Shown here: positions 21,222 through 30,460 of the stretch, one piece after another
How the letters are laid out: each line of letters begins with the position of its first letter
Position numbering within the stretch: position 1 is the stretch's first letter
IMG/VR virus record: IMGVR_UViG_3300031669_000026
Coordinates: 1-59,964 of that record
Reading direction: 5' to 3' (one strand)
Length of the DNA: 59,964 nucleotides
From: a virus
Lineage: Duplodnaviria > Caudoviricetes
Notes under the pieces: model-generated
Told to the model about the DNA's origin: nothing
Databases searched by the model: none
Seen by the model: the letters and a program-made list of their open reading frames with translations, nothing else
Position numbers and translations under genes: made by a program

Positions 21222-22187
21222 ATGGTAACTTATCAAAAAACAATAGGAGCAGTGTGCAGAGTTTATAATAAATCAAAATCTTTGGAAGATAAGTTTAGTT
21301 TTATAAAGGCTTCAACTTCTTCAAAAGTTGTTCAAGAGCCTCTTATTTTAAACATAGCCACGAGGCTGGCCAAATTAGCATATAAGTCTGACCTAAAATG
21401 GAATAGAGCAATGTTATTTAAGAATGATATTCCTGTAATTTCTACTTATATGGGTTTTACAACTGTTCCTTTACCAACCAGACAATCTTCTGGTTTAGGA
21501 TGGAAAGAAACTTTATCAAGTATTGCCAGAGTGGGAGTTCCCTACAAACAATTGTGGTGGTTTAATTCGGCGAATGAAATAGAATTACATCCGAATATTT
21601 GGGATATAAGCGCAGTTAAAGATTATTCTTTATCATATAATAAACTTACTCAATATATTTCATATAAACTATTATTAGGGGATGGCGAATCTTGGTATTT
21701 GGATTGGCAAGTTTATAACAGAAGAACTTTGGATCAAAATATTAAAGAAGAAGTTGAAGAATTGATTTTTGATGAAATAGGTTTTAATGCCAAATTGATG
21801 CATTTTCCTGTTAAGGATCAAAATACAGCTATTTTATATCAACATACAGGAATTATAACAATAACAGTTCCTGTAGAGAATTGGTCATGGAAAGATGAGA
21901 AGGAAGTTGTATTTAATTCGAGAAATTATTTAGATACTGCAAGTAGGTATTCTATTTATTATAAATATTATCAGCCAATAGAAGCTCCAGTTATAAATTA
22001 CACTGTAGAAATTGCACAATCAATAGATGATGGAGAAAATTGGACAGCATGGGAATTAATAGAAAGAGAGTTTTTGGTAGATAAAACTAAAGGAAGTTTG
22101 ATAAGATTTAGATTAACTATAGATGAAATTGATGATCCGAATTCATTCAGATTTAAATCTTTTTGTGCTAGAAAAGTTAGTACTTAA
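21222..22187 (+). CDS. Baseplate/tail structural protein
   Basis: Beta-rich; C-terminal SIDDGENWTAW..IRFRLTI. Confidence 0.5.
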   Translation: MVTYQKTIGAVCRVYNKSKSLEDKFSFIKASTSSKVVQEPLILNIATRLAKLAYKSDLKWNRAMLFKNDIPVISTYMGFTTVPLPTRQSSGLGWKETLSSIARVGVPYKQLWWFNSANEIELHPNIWDISAVKDYSLSYNKLTQYISYKLLLGDGESWYLDWQVYNRRTLDQNIKEEVEELIFDEIGFNAKLMHFPVKDQNTAILYQHTGIITITVPVENWSWKDEKEVVFNSRNYLDTASRYSIYYKYYQPIEAPVINYTVEIAQSIDDGENWTAWELIEREFLVDKTKGSLIRFRLTIDEIDDPNSFRFKSFCARKVST

Positions 22188-22205
22188 TATTAAAAAGGAG
22201 ATTTA

Positions 22206-22892
22206 ATGAAAATTAAAATGAAAGAAATTGAAAGATTAACAATGAAAGAAGCAATTGATACGTCCCAAGAGGAGCAGGATACATCGGTAGAAAAAATGCT
22301 TCAAAGGTATTTGGGAGAACCTACTAATCTTTGGCTTTATTCAGATTTGCCAATAGAAGATAGAATGGCACTTGCATATCTTGCGGCAGATGAGTTTATG
22401 GGCGCAGAGTATAAAGGCGACCAAGTACGGCAATTTGTAGATGCAATTAAGCGGGTAATTAACAAACCAGAAGTTTTTTGGGAACAGATTAAAGAAAAGG
22501 ATCCTGAGAGGCTTGAGCGTTTAAAGTCATTGAATTGGTCATTGGAAAAAGTAGCTTTAGAGGACATAGGTGTTTATCCGAATTTTGGTGGATTCCCTCG
22601 TTTTTGGAGTTATGGTAACGTGCTTGACACAGCAAAAATTTTGGCTATGAGTACAGATGAACCTGAAAAAAGACATCAAGTGTTGTTAATGGTGCCAAAG
22701 TGGATGACAGTTTTAAAATTCCTGCCTCCTATAATTGTTCCAGGAAAAACATTACGTGGAAAAGATGTAAATTATGAAAAAACTAAATGGGCTATTGATG
22801 ATGGAAATCATAGGGTAGTAGCCGCTGCAATAGGTGGTGCAAGATACGTTGTTGCATTTGTAGGAAGAGTTAAAAATAAGGAGACTTTATGA
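22206..22892 (+). CDS. ParB/Srx-like domain protein
   Basis: PPIIV...IDDGNHRVVAA motif; strong AAGGAG RBS. Confidence 0.65.
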   Translation: MKIKMKEIERLTMKEAIDTSQEEQDTSVEKMLQRYLGEPTNLWLYSDLPIEDRMALAYLAADEFMGAEYKGDQVRQFVDAIKRVINKPEVFWEQIKEKDPERLERLKSLNWSLEKVALEDIGVYPNFGGFPRFWSYGNVLDTAKILAMSTDEPEKRHQVLLMVPKWMTVLKFLPPIIVPGKTLRGKDVNYEKTKWAIDDGNHRVVAAAIGGARYVVAFVGRVKNKETL

Positions 22893-23086
22893 AAATATTT
22901 ATGAAAGAAGCTAGTTTGGACAGAGCGGATTTTATTGTGGAGGATGTCAAAAAAATACGTCCTGGAGATAAAATTACATTTCATCTGTGGGGTGAATATC
23001 TTAAAGGAGTGTTAAAAACAAAATCAGGCAACAGATGGCAAATAAAAGGCGATAATGGGATGGATTATTATTACATTCCTGTTTAA
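22889..23086 (+). CDS. Small SH3/Tudor-like hypothetical protein
   Basis: IRPGDKITF..G.L.....WQI; overlaps the upstream stop (ATGA). Confidence 0.5.
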   Translation: MKIFMKEASLDRADFIVEDVKKIRPGDKITFHLWGEYLKGVLKTKSGNRWQIKGDNGMDYYYIPV

Positions 23087-23098
23087 GAGATAAAAATT

Positions 23099-25408
23099 AT
23101 GAAAAGAACTTTATATCAGGATGGCGTTGAGGTTAAAGCAGACGATTTAAATAATACTGAAGACCAGAAGTCTATCAGCATTAAAGAAAGGAAAAAATCG
23201 TTTACACAGGCTGGTGTTATCTCTGGGATGAGAGTAACGGCTGGCGTAGGGAATACTGTAGATATAAGCTCTGGGATAGGTTTTTGTGCGAACGGTGAAC
23301 GAATTGAGTCGATCTCTGTGTCTGGAGAGTCGGTAACGTTAGACGAATATAATTTTATTTGTTTGGTTTATAAAGAGACAGAAGGAACACCAAAACCTCA
23401 TGAAGATTCTGGTATTTCATACAATACTAGAATAGAAGAATCTTATGAAGTTAAAGTTCTTATGGAAGCAGATTATAATGCTTTATCTCAAGAAGATAAA
23501 AATAATAGAATAGTTGTTGGAATAGAGAAAAATGGAATAATTCAACAATCTCTGGAAATAAAAGAAGAAATAACCTCTTCATTGATAGGTATTACTGGAG
23601 CGGATATATTGAAATTTAGTTATGGAACTCCACATGGAAAGGCATGGTTTTATTATGAATGTCTTTCTGGACCTCCTTTTATAAATCCAATAATTCGTAT
23701 TAAATACAAAGCTCCTGGAGATAGTTACGGAAGCTTTGTATCTTTGACTTCAGATAATGATTATCTTTTGATATCTAATAATCTATTAAATACTTGTTTG
23801 TTGCGGGTTAGATATAAATTTTTACCAAAAAGAAGTGCAGAGGTTTTTACAGAAATAGAAGAATTATATAATCCTCCCATAGAAGGCAATCAATTTTATA
23901 ACACTGCAACAGGAAGTGCAAAAGAAAAACTTCATAGAAACAAAGATGGTCATGGACTTCCTACGGAGGTTAATCCTCATGGTTTATGCAAAGAGGATTT
24001 ATTAGGCGGAGCAGAGGATGTGGTGGTTCATCAAAAAAGAATGCATAGTGCAAAAGATAGAACTACAGGGGATATATTTGGAAAAAATTGTATTGTATCA
24101 CAAAATTATTTTAAAACGGGTTCTACTTCTACTTTAAAACCTTATGTTTATAATGGAACATATATTTACATAAATGAATTGCCTGTTAATGATAGATATT
24201 ATATAAGAGGAGTTGGTTTTTCTGAAGTTTTCGATACAAATATTCATATTACAGGATCTGGTATTAAATATATAGGTATTTATAATGCAACACAAAAACT
24301 AGTTCAAAGCTCCTCGGAATTAGATGAAAATTATTTAAATTTATGTAGCATTTTTTTAAGTGGTGGAAATTTATTAGACTTTATTGATTTGAGAACGTTT
24401 GCTTCTCATTCTGATTTTAATATACAGAAAAAAGCTATAACAAAGGAAAAAATTAATACCGCTGCAGTAAGGAATAAACATTTATGGTCAGAGGGAGATA
24501 ATAGTTTTGTCGATCTTTTGGTGAATGGAGAAAAAGCAGATTCGTTACATACTCATTTTGATATAGTAGAAAAATGGAAAGAAAAATGGTACTTAAAAAC
24601 TCTGCTAGCAAAGCCTCAAGTTCCTATTCCAGAACCCGATTGTTGTAGAAATTATGATGGGGCTAATTTTTGTGAGGCAGATGATCCAGGAGCATCATTG
24701 ATTGGAATTACAATGGATCCTGTGACAAATACTGTTAGAATTCCATCAAGTTATAAAACTCCAGGTCAGGAAGTATCTCTCGAACAAGAAATGAGAGGAA
24801 TAGGAAGAGTTGGAAGAAATAATTTAAACGATGTTCAAGAAGCTATTGATTATTTGGCAAGTTTAATGCGGGATTTAAAAAACAGAGAATTTCCTGTTGC
24901 TACTGAAGTTATGAATACAAGCGGACGTGTTTTAAATTTAACTGTTGTTCCTCTGCCCGATGGCCATAGAACTGGAAAATGGTTTGATGGAGAAGAAGTT
25001 TTAGAAAGAGAATGTTCATGGATTGTGAGTCCTACTTTTCTATGGGGAATGGATGGTGTTATGGTACCTTGGTGTCTTATCTGTTCTTCTTTTGGATTTG
25101 GTACTGGAGGAAATCCGAACATCCCTAAAAATACATGGTCGTGGAATAATTGGGTTGAATTAATGTGGAAATTTATTAATGGAGATATTTTATACGGGCG
25201 ATGGGTAGTATTCTTTCTGTGCATGGGTGCTGTAAGTTTGGCAACATCATTGGCTTCAGTAGTTTCTACTCATGCAAATTATCATATAATTGGAAGTCAT
25301 CAGACAAGATTAGATTTTGATAAAAATTACGATTTAGGACCATCAGAGGTACCTTACGGAGGCGATCCTGGATATGTTCCAGATAATGAAAACATACCCA
25401 AAAAGTAA
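23099..25408 (+). CDS. Tail fibre/baseplate fibre paralog A (769 aa)
   Basis: MKRTLYQDGVEV N-terminus, NPHG and HxH motifs, C-terminal CSWIVSP domain; paralogous to downstream genes. Confidence 0.7.
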   Translation: MKRTLYQDGVEVKADDLNNTEDQKSISIKERKKSFTQAGVISGMRVTAGVGNTVDISSGIGFCANGERIESISVSGESVTLDEYNFICLVYKETEGTPKPHEDSGISYNTRIEESYEVKVLMEADYNALSQEDKNNRIVVGIEKNGIIQQSLEIKEEITSSLIGITGADILKFSYGTPHGKAWFYYECLSGPPFINPIIRIKYKAPGDSYGSFVSLTSDNDYLLISNNLLNTCLLRVRYKFLPKRSAEVFTEIEELYNPPIEGNQFYNTATGSAKEKLHRNKDGHGLPTEVNPHGLCKEDLLGGAEDVVVHQKRMHSAKDRTTGDIFGKNCIVSQNYFKTGSTSTLKPYVYNGTYIYINELPVNDRYYIRGVGFSEVFDTNIHITGSGIKYIGIYNATQKLVQSSSELDENYLNLCSIFLSGGNLLDFIDLRTFASHSDFNIQKKAITKEKINTAAVRNKHLWSEGDNSFVDLLVNGEKADSLHTHFDIVEKWKEKWYLKTLLAKPQVPIPEPDCCRNYDGANFCEADDPGASLIGITMDPVTNTVRIPSSYKTPGQEVSLEQEMRGIGRVGRNNLNDVQEAIDYLASLMRDLKNREFPVATEVMNTSGRVLNLTVVPLPDGHRTGKWFDGEEVLERECSWIVSPTFLWGMDGVMVPWCLICSSFGFGTGGNPNIPKNTWSWNNWVELMWKFINGDILYGRWVVFFLCMGAVSLATSLASVVSTHANYHIIGSHQTRLDFDKNYDLGPSEVPYGGDPGYVPDNENIPKK

Positions 25409-25422
25409 TATGGAGAATTATA

Positions 25423-26682
25423 ATGGATAGAACATTGTATCATGATGGAATAGAAATTCATGGAGATGATTTAAACAATGCCGAATCTAGTAAGATTGAA
25501 GCTCTTAAAGATAGGCGGGAGTTTGTAAAATATGGATCAATAGGATTGTTGGTTACAGCAGGTATCGGAGATACTGTAAACATAAGTGAAGGAATTGGTT
25601 ATTGTGCAAATGGAGAACAGATAAAAAGTAATGGAGAAACTAGTGTTGTTGTAATTCCAGGACAATATAATTTTATTTGTTTGATTTATAAAGAAATAGA
25701 AGGAACTCCAAAACCTCATGAGAATACAGGAGATTCCTATAATACAAGAGTTGAAGAATCTTATGAAGTTAAAGTTCTTATGGAAGCAGATTATAATGCT
25801 TTATCTCAAGAAGATAAAGATAATAGAGTCGTTTGTGGAATTTATTATGATAGTACTCATATTCAAACCGGACATGATTTATCAAGAATTCCTATTTCCA
25901 GTGTAATTGATATAAGCGGTGTATGGGTTGGACAATATAGTGAAAAGACTTTAGATGGAATAGGATATTTTGAATTTGACAGGTCTTTAATGAGTATACG
26001 ATATAAAGCACCAAGTGATTTATTGTGGGGTGCATGGGAAATAATAACACCGAGTTGGATAGATAGTGAGAATATAAAGCTAGAATCTTATAATGCTGAT
26101 TATTGGGTGTATGTAGAAATTTTATCATCTTTATTGCCTGTTGAAAATGCCGATGCAGAGGTTAATGTAAGAGATTTATACAATCCGCCTATTGAAGGTG
26201 ATATGGAATTGGGTTACAATACACCAACATCTTCTTCAGTGGATAGATTTCATAGAGGAACACATTTAATATATCCACCATCAGTGGATGAAGATGGCGG
26301 CATCAGTGAAAAAAACCCGCATGGAATGCATAGCAAAGATTTGACAGGTTATCAAGCCGATGTTCATAGACATCAGGATTTGATGCATTGTAATGGTATT
26401 CTTGCAAAAGAATGGTTTTTAACGGGCGAATCAGATGTATTAAAACCAGTTTGTGATGAAGCTAATAAAAAAGTCACAATTACAAATGATTTAGGGATTG
26501 ATGATTATTATCATATAAATGGTGTGGTATTTGACGATGTTGATGAAACGTTTCCGTGGGAATATACTTTTGGGATAGGTTTGTGGTACGTAGTTTTAGG
26601 TCCGGATAAAAAGTTTCATATTTTTGAGGATTCGTATAATACTAAAAAATATATTCCAATTGTTAGGGTGTATTTGAGTTAA
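25423..26682 (+). CDS. Fibre paralog B, N-terminal half
   Basis: Aligns with roughly the first 420 aa of paralog A and the first 430 aa of paralog D. Confidence 0.7.
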   Translation: MDRTLYHDGIEIHGDDLNNAESSKIEALKDRREFVKYGSIGLLVTAGIGDTVNISEGIGYCANGEQIKSNGETSVVVIPGQYNFICLIYKEIEGTPKPHENTGDSYNTRVEESYEVKVLMEADYNALSQEDKDNRVVCGIYYDSTHIQTGHDLSRIPISSVIDISGVWVGQYSEKTLDGIGYFEFDRSLMSIRYKAPSDLLWGAWEIITPSWIDSENIKLESYNADYWVYVEILSSLLPVENADAEVNVRDLYNPPIEGDMELGYNTPTSSSVDRFHRGTHLIYPPSVDEDGGISEKNPHGMHSKDLTGYQADVHRHQDLMHCNGILAKEWFLTGESDVLKPVCDEANKKVTITNDLGIDDYYHINGVVFDDVDETFPWEYTFGIGLWYVVLGPDKKFHIFEDSYNTKKYIPIVRVYLS

Positions 26683-26757
26683 ACTACTGGACTTTTAGTG
26701 TTTTGGGTATTGATGTTATTTTAGAAGTAAGTTTATAATAATTAAAAGGAATTTTTT

Positions 26758-28224
26758 ATGATTAAAAGGTGGGATTCTAAAGCAGATTGGGAGACTTATT
26801 TTTCCAAGGATGCTGTTATTATAATAACTCCAGATGGTAAATTAACAGAGGGAGGAAATAGACAAGGACATGTGATCTACCATTATGATTCAGGCATTCC
26901 TTTAAGCAAGTGGATTGAGTCAAGGATATCTTGTGAATGTGAACCAATTGTTCCTCCCCATGTCACTCTTGTTCAAGTGACTTTTAAGTTTGCAGAAACT
27001 GTGGAGGATTTAACTTTAGCCACTTCTTATCAATATTATGGATGCTATCAACCTGGAGGATTACACGAATTTCCTGTGGATTTGAGTAGTTATGTAGGAA
27101 GATGGATTAGTGTTGATTTTAGACTTTTAACAACCGATAATCTTTTATTCAAATCTTATGTTGATTGGATTGAAGTTGAGTATGAGTCCGAACCCACGCC
27201 TCCACCAACATTTGAATGTGAGGATATTCGTCCATTCGCAACAATTTGTAAAGATGTGGTTCAAGATAAAGCAATTATTCCAAAGAAAATAGACGATGGT
27301 GAAGTACGACAAGAAAATTTATGGGATAGAGGAGATGATAGAACTATAGAAAATTTAGTAAAAGGTGAAACAACTTTTGCTGATGATCTTCATGGGCATA
27401 AAGCTATATTGGATATGTATAATATGTGGGCAAAAAGATGGTATTATAAAAAATCTTTATATAAACCCCAAAATCCTCCTGATGAAAGTACATCACAGGC
27501 AGGTGCAGATTTAGTTGGTTATAAAGTAAAAAGTAATACAGCGTTACAACCTTCCTGGAATATAGATAATGTAGATGAAGCCATTTTAGCGTTGTCTCTT
27601 TTGATGAAAGGTTTAAAGGAAAGAAAATTTCCAACCATTCAAGAAACAATGCATACTTCAGGAAGAATGTTAAATTTGACTTTTGTACCTTTACCGGATA
27701 ATCATACTAATGGAAAATGGTACGATGGTACAAATGTTAAAGAATCTCAATGTTCGTGGATAGTAAGTCCATCTTTTATATGGGGAATAGATGGAGTTCC
27801 AACTCCGTGGGTTTTTTCATGTTCAACATACGGTGTTGGATCAGGAGGGGAATATCCACCTCCACAAGAAGGAACAAAATGGAATTGGGAACAATGGCAT
27901 TACTTTTTTACAAGAATTATAAATGGAAATATTTTATACGGTAGATGGTTAATTCAATTTCTTTGTGCAGGTACTACAAGTCTTTTCTCTTCATTATTTT
28001 TTGTACTTGCTGTTCATGCTAACTATACTATTGTGGGAACTCATTGGTTTGGAGAGGAGGAAGAAACATCAGTTAAAGATCACGGAAGTTACAGAGATGA
28101 AAATGGAAATTATATTAATGGTTGGTATTTAAATAAAATAATTGATTATAATAACCCTGATAATCATTATGATTCTGATTGGGTTTTAAATCCCGAAAAT
28201 CCTACAATTTTTCCAATAGAATAA
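26758..28224 (+). CDS. Fibre paralog B C-terminal half with a new ~150-aa N-terminal domain
   Basis: From EDIRPF onward aligns with the C-halves of A and D; has its own AAGGA RBS. Confidence 0.7.
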   Translation: MIKRWDSKADWETYFSKDAVIIITPDGKLTEGGNRQGHVIYHYDSGIPLSKWIESRISCECEPIVPPHVTLVQVTFKFAETVEDLTLATSYQYYGCYQPGGLHEFPVDLSSYVGRWISVDFRLLTTDNLLFKSYVDWIEVEYESEPTPPPTFECEDIRPFATICKDVVQDKAIIPKKIDDGEVRQENLWDRGDDRTIENLVKGETTFADDLHGHKAILDMYNMWAKRWYYKKSLYKPQNPPDESTSQAGADLVGYKVKSNTALQPSWNIDNVDEAILALSLLMKGLKERKFPTIQETMHTSGRMLNLTFVPLPDNHTNGKWYDGTNVKESQCSWIVSPSFIWGIDGVPTPWVFSCSTYGVGSGGEYPPPQEGTKWNWEQWHYFFTRIINGNILYGRWLIQFLCAGTTSLFSSLFFVLAVHANYTIVGTHWFGEEEETSVKDHGSYRDENGNYINGWYLNKIIDYNNPDNHYDSDWVLNPENPTIFPIE

Positions 28225-28242
28225 TTAAAAGGAGATGATAAA

Positions 28243-30444
28243 ATGAAAAGAAGCAAATATCAAGATGGTGTTGAAGTTCACATGGAGGATTTAAACAACA
28301 CTGAAAAAACAAAGGCAGATGCTATAAAAGAAAGACAAAAAAGTTTTACTCAGTCAGGTACAATTGCAGGATTGAGAGTTACTCCTAATACTTTTACTCC
28401 TTCTCATATAGATATTGGAGTAGCGGGTCCGGGTGGTATATGTTATTGTGAAAACGGAGAAAGAATAGAAGTACCTTCGGCTGTACTGGATAAACAGTTG
28501 GCAGATGAAACTATGGATGTTTATAATTTTATTACTCTTGTTTATACAGAAGTGGAAAGTGATTATAAAGAACATGAATCTGATGGAAATACTTATCCTA
28601 CAAGAGCAACAGAAAGCTATGTAGTAAATATTTTATCTGAAGCTGATTATGGAAGTTTGTCACAGGAAGAAAAAGAAAACAGAGTGGTTGTAGGAATTGT
28701 TCGAGCAAACGGCCCAGGATTGGCATTATCTCAAAATAGAATTCAGACCAGTCTTGAATTATTACCTATAATTACTTCTACGGCAATAGATATTGATGGT
28801 GTTTGGTTATTAAGGTTTAGTGATAATACTGAAAGAGGATCGGCTTCTTTTAAATATACTTATTCCAGTGAAAAAAGAGAAATTCAATACATGGCTCCGA
28901 ATGATACAGATTACGGTGCTTCGGTAACATTGGTCGGAGATGGGGATTATTTATTAGAATCAAATGATACAGATTTCTGGTGTAGAATTAGAATTATTAT
29001 AATTATGATGCCCACTGCTAGTTTAACAGTATCAACAAATGTTACAAAATTATATGAACCTCCTTTAGAAGGTTCTACAGAATTATATCCAACTCCTACT
29101 GCAACTGCAGTAGATAGATTGCATAGAACAAAAATAGGAACAGGATTGCCAACTTCAAACAATCCGCATGGATTGACGTATGATGATTTAACTGGTGGTT
29201 TTACAGATGTGACAAAGCATCAAGATTTAATGCATGCCAATGGTATAGTTTCGCAAACATGGGAAGAAACAGGTTCCTCCAATTGTTTAGCATGTTCAAT
29301 AAATGTTGGAACAGTTTTAGTTTCACAACCAGGAGCAAATGAATTTTATTTTGTACATGGTTTGGGATTTTCTACAATAGAAGGAATTACAAGTGTGGTG
29401 TGGAATATAACCGATCCAGCAGGAACATGGTTTATAGCTTTGGGAACTGATCAACAATTGCACAAAAGTTTATTGGCTTTTGATGAAGATGATTATTTAA
29501 TACTTTGTAGTGTTGATGTGACAGTGAGCGGCGGTAATAGATTGTTAGGAAATTTGGTTGATTTTAGAAAATTTGGAACTACAGCAACAGGAAATATTCA
29601 AGATAAGGCAATTACTCATAAAAAGATAGACGATGGTGCGGTTAGACAAAAACATTTATGGGCCGATGGCGATGATCAGACATTGGAAGCATTGGTTAAA
29701 GGTCCAAATAGTAATGCTGATCATCTACATTACCACGATGTTGAAGATCCGAGAGATTTATTTTATCTTAAACCTTTACTATATGCGCCCCAATCAACTG
29801 AACCAGATGAAGTAGGTTCAATTTCAGGAGCTAATTTGGTAGGTTATAAGAATCCAATGATTGATAAAGAAGGAGAGGATTATGGAGATTTGTTTCCAGA
29901 GGATGTTAAAACTATTCAATCGGCCATTGATAAGTTAGCAGCTTTGATGAAAACAGAAATGGCAAGAGAATGTCCTCAAGTACAGGAGATAATGCATTCG
30001 GGTGGACGCATGTTAAATTTGACTTTTGTACCCTTACCAGATAACCATTTAAATGGTGGTTTTTGGAAAGATGGAGTTACGCAAGTTTCAGAAGACCAAT
30101 GTTCTTGGATAGTAAGTCCAGCTTTTGTATGGGGCGCAGCGGCGGCTGCAGTTCCGTGGGTTTTTTGTTGTTCAACATTTGGTTTGGGAGTGGGAGGAGA
30201 TTTTCAACCAACTAATGATTCGGCATGGACGGGCGATGGAAGCAGCGCAGCTAGTTTTACTGCAGCTTGGAAAAATTGGCTATTGTTATTTAATGCTGTA
30301 TTAAATGGACAAATTGCTTGGGGAAGATGGTTGATAATGTTGGTTTTTGTTGGTACGGTAAGTGGGATTCTCTCAATTTTTAATGTTTTTGGGTCACATG
30401 CAAATTATCAAATTACTGCAACTAATCCAAAACCTATAAGTTAA
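28243..30444 (+). CDS. Tail fibre/baseplate fibre paralog D (733 aa)
   Basis: MKRSKYQDGVEV; same architecture as paralog A. Confidence 0.7.
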   Translation: MKRSKYQDGVEVHMEDLNNTEKTKADAIKERQKSFTQSGTIAGLRVTPNTFTPSHIDIGVAGPGGICYCENGERIEVPSAVLDKQLADETMDVYNFITLVYTEVESDYKEHESDGNTYPTRATESYVVNILSEADYGSLSQEEKENRVVVGIVRANGPGLALSQNRIQTSLELLPIITSTAIDIDGVWLLRFSDNTERGSASFKYTYSSEKREIQYMAPNDTDYGASVTLVGDGDYLLESNDTDFWCRIRIIIIMMPTASLTVSTNVTKLYEPPLEGSTELYPTPTATAVDRLHRTKIGTGLPTSNNPHGLTYDDLTGGFTDVTKHQDLMHANGIVSQTWEETGSSNCLACSINVGTVLVSQPGANEFYFVHGLGFSTIEGITSVVWNITDPAGTWFIALGTDQQLHKSLLAFDEDDYLILCSVDVTVSGGNRLLGNLVDFRKFGTTATGNIQDKAITHKKIDDGAVRQKHLWADGDDQTLEALVKGPNSNADHLHYHDVEDPRDLFYLKPLLYAPQSTEPDEVGSISGANLVGYKNPMIDKEGEDYGDLFPEDVKTIQSAIDKLAALMKTEMARECPQVQEIMHSGGRMLNLTFVPLPDNHLNGGFWKDGVTQVSEDQCSWIVSPAFVWGAAAAAVPWVFCCSTFGLGVGGDFQPTNDSAWTGDGSSAASFTAAWKNWLLLFNAVLNGQIAWGRWLIMLVFVGTVSGILSIFNVFGSHANYQITATNPKPIS

Positions 30445-30460
30445 AAACTAATAAGGAGGA

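Noticed and set aside
26680-26757. Stop-codon readthrough or genetic-code reassignment joining 25423 and 26758
   Set aside because: Same frame, but TAA, TAG, TAA, TAA intervene and the second gene has its own RBS; all three stop codons end genes normally across the window.
23099-30444. Diversity-generating retroelement acting on the fibre C-termini
   Set aside because: No reverse transcriptase in the window and no non-coding template repeat; paralog differences are not adenine-specific.
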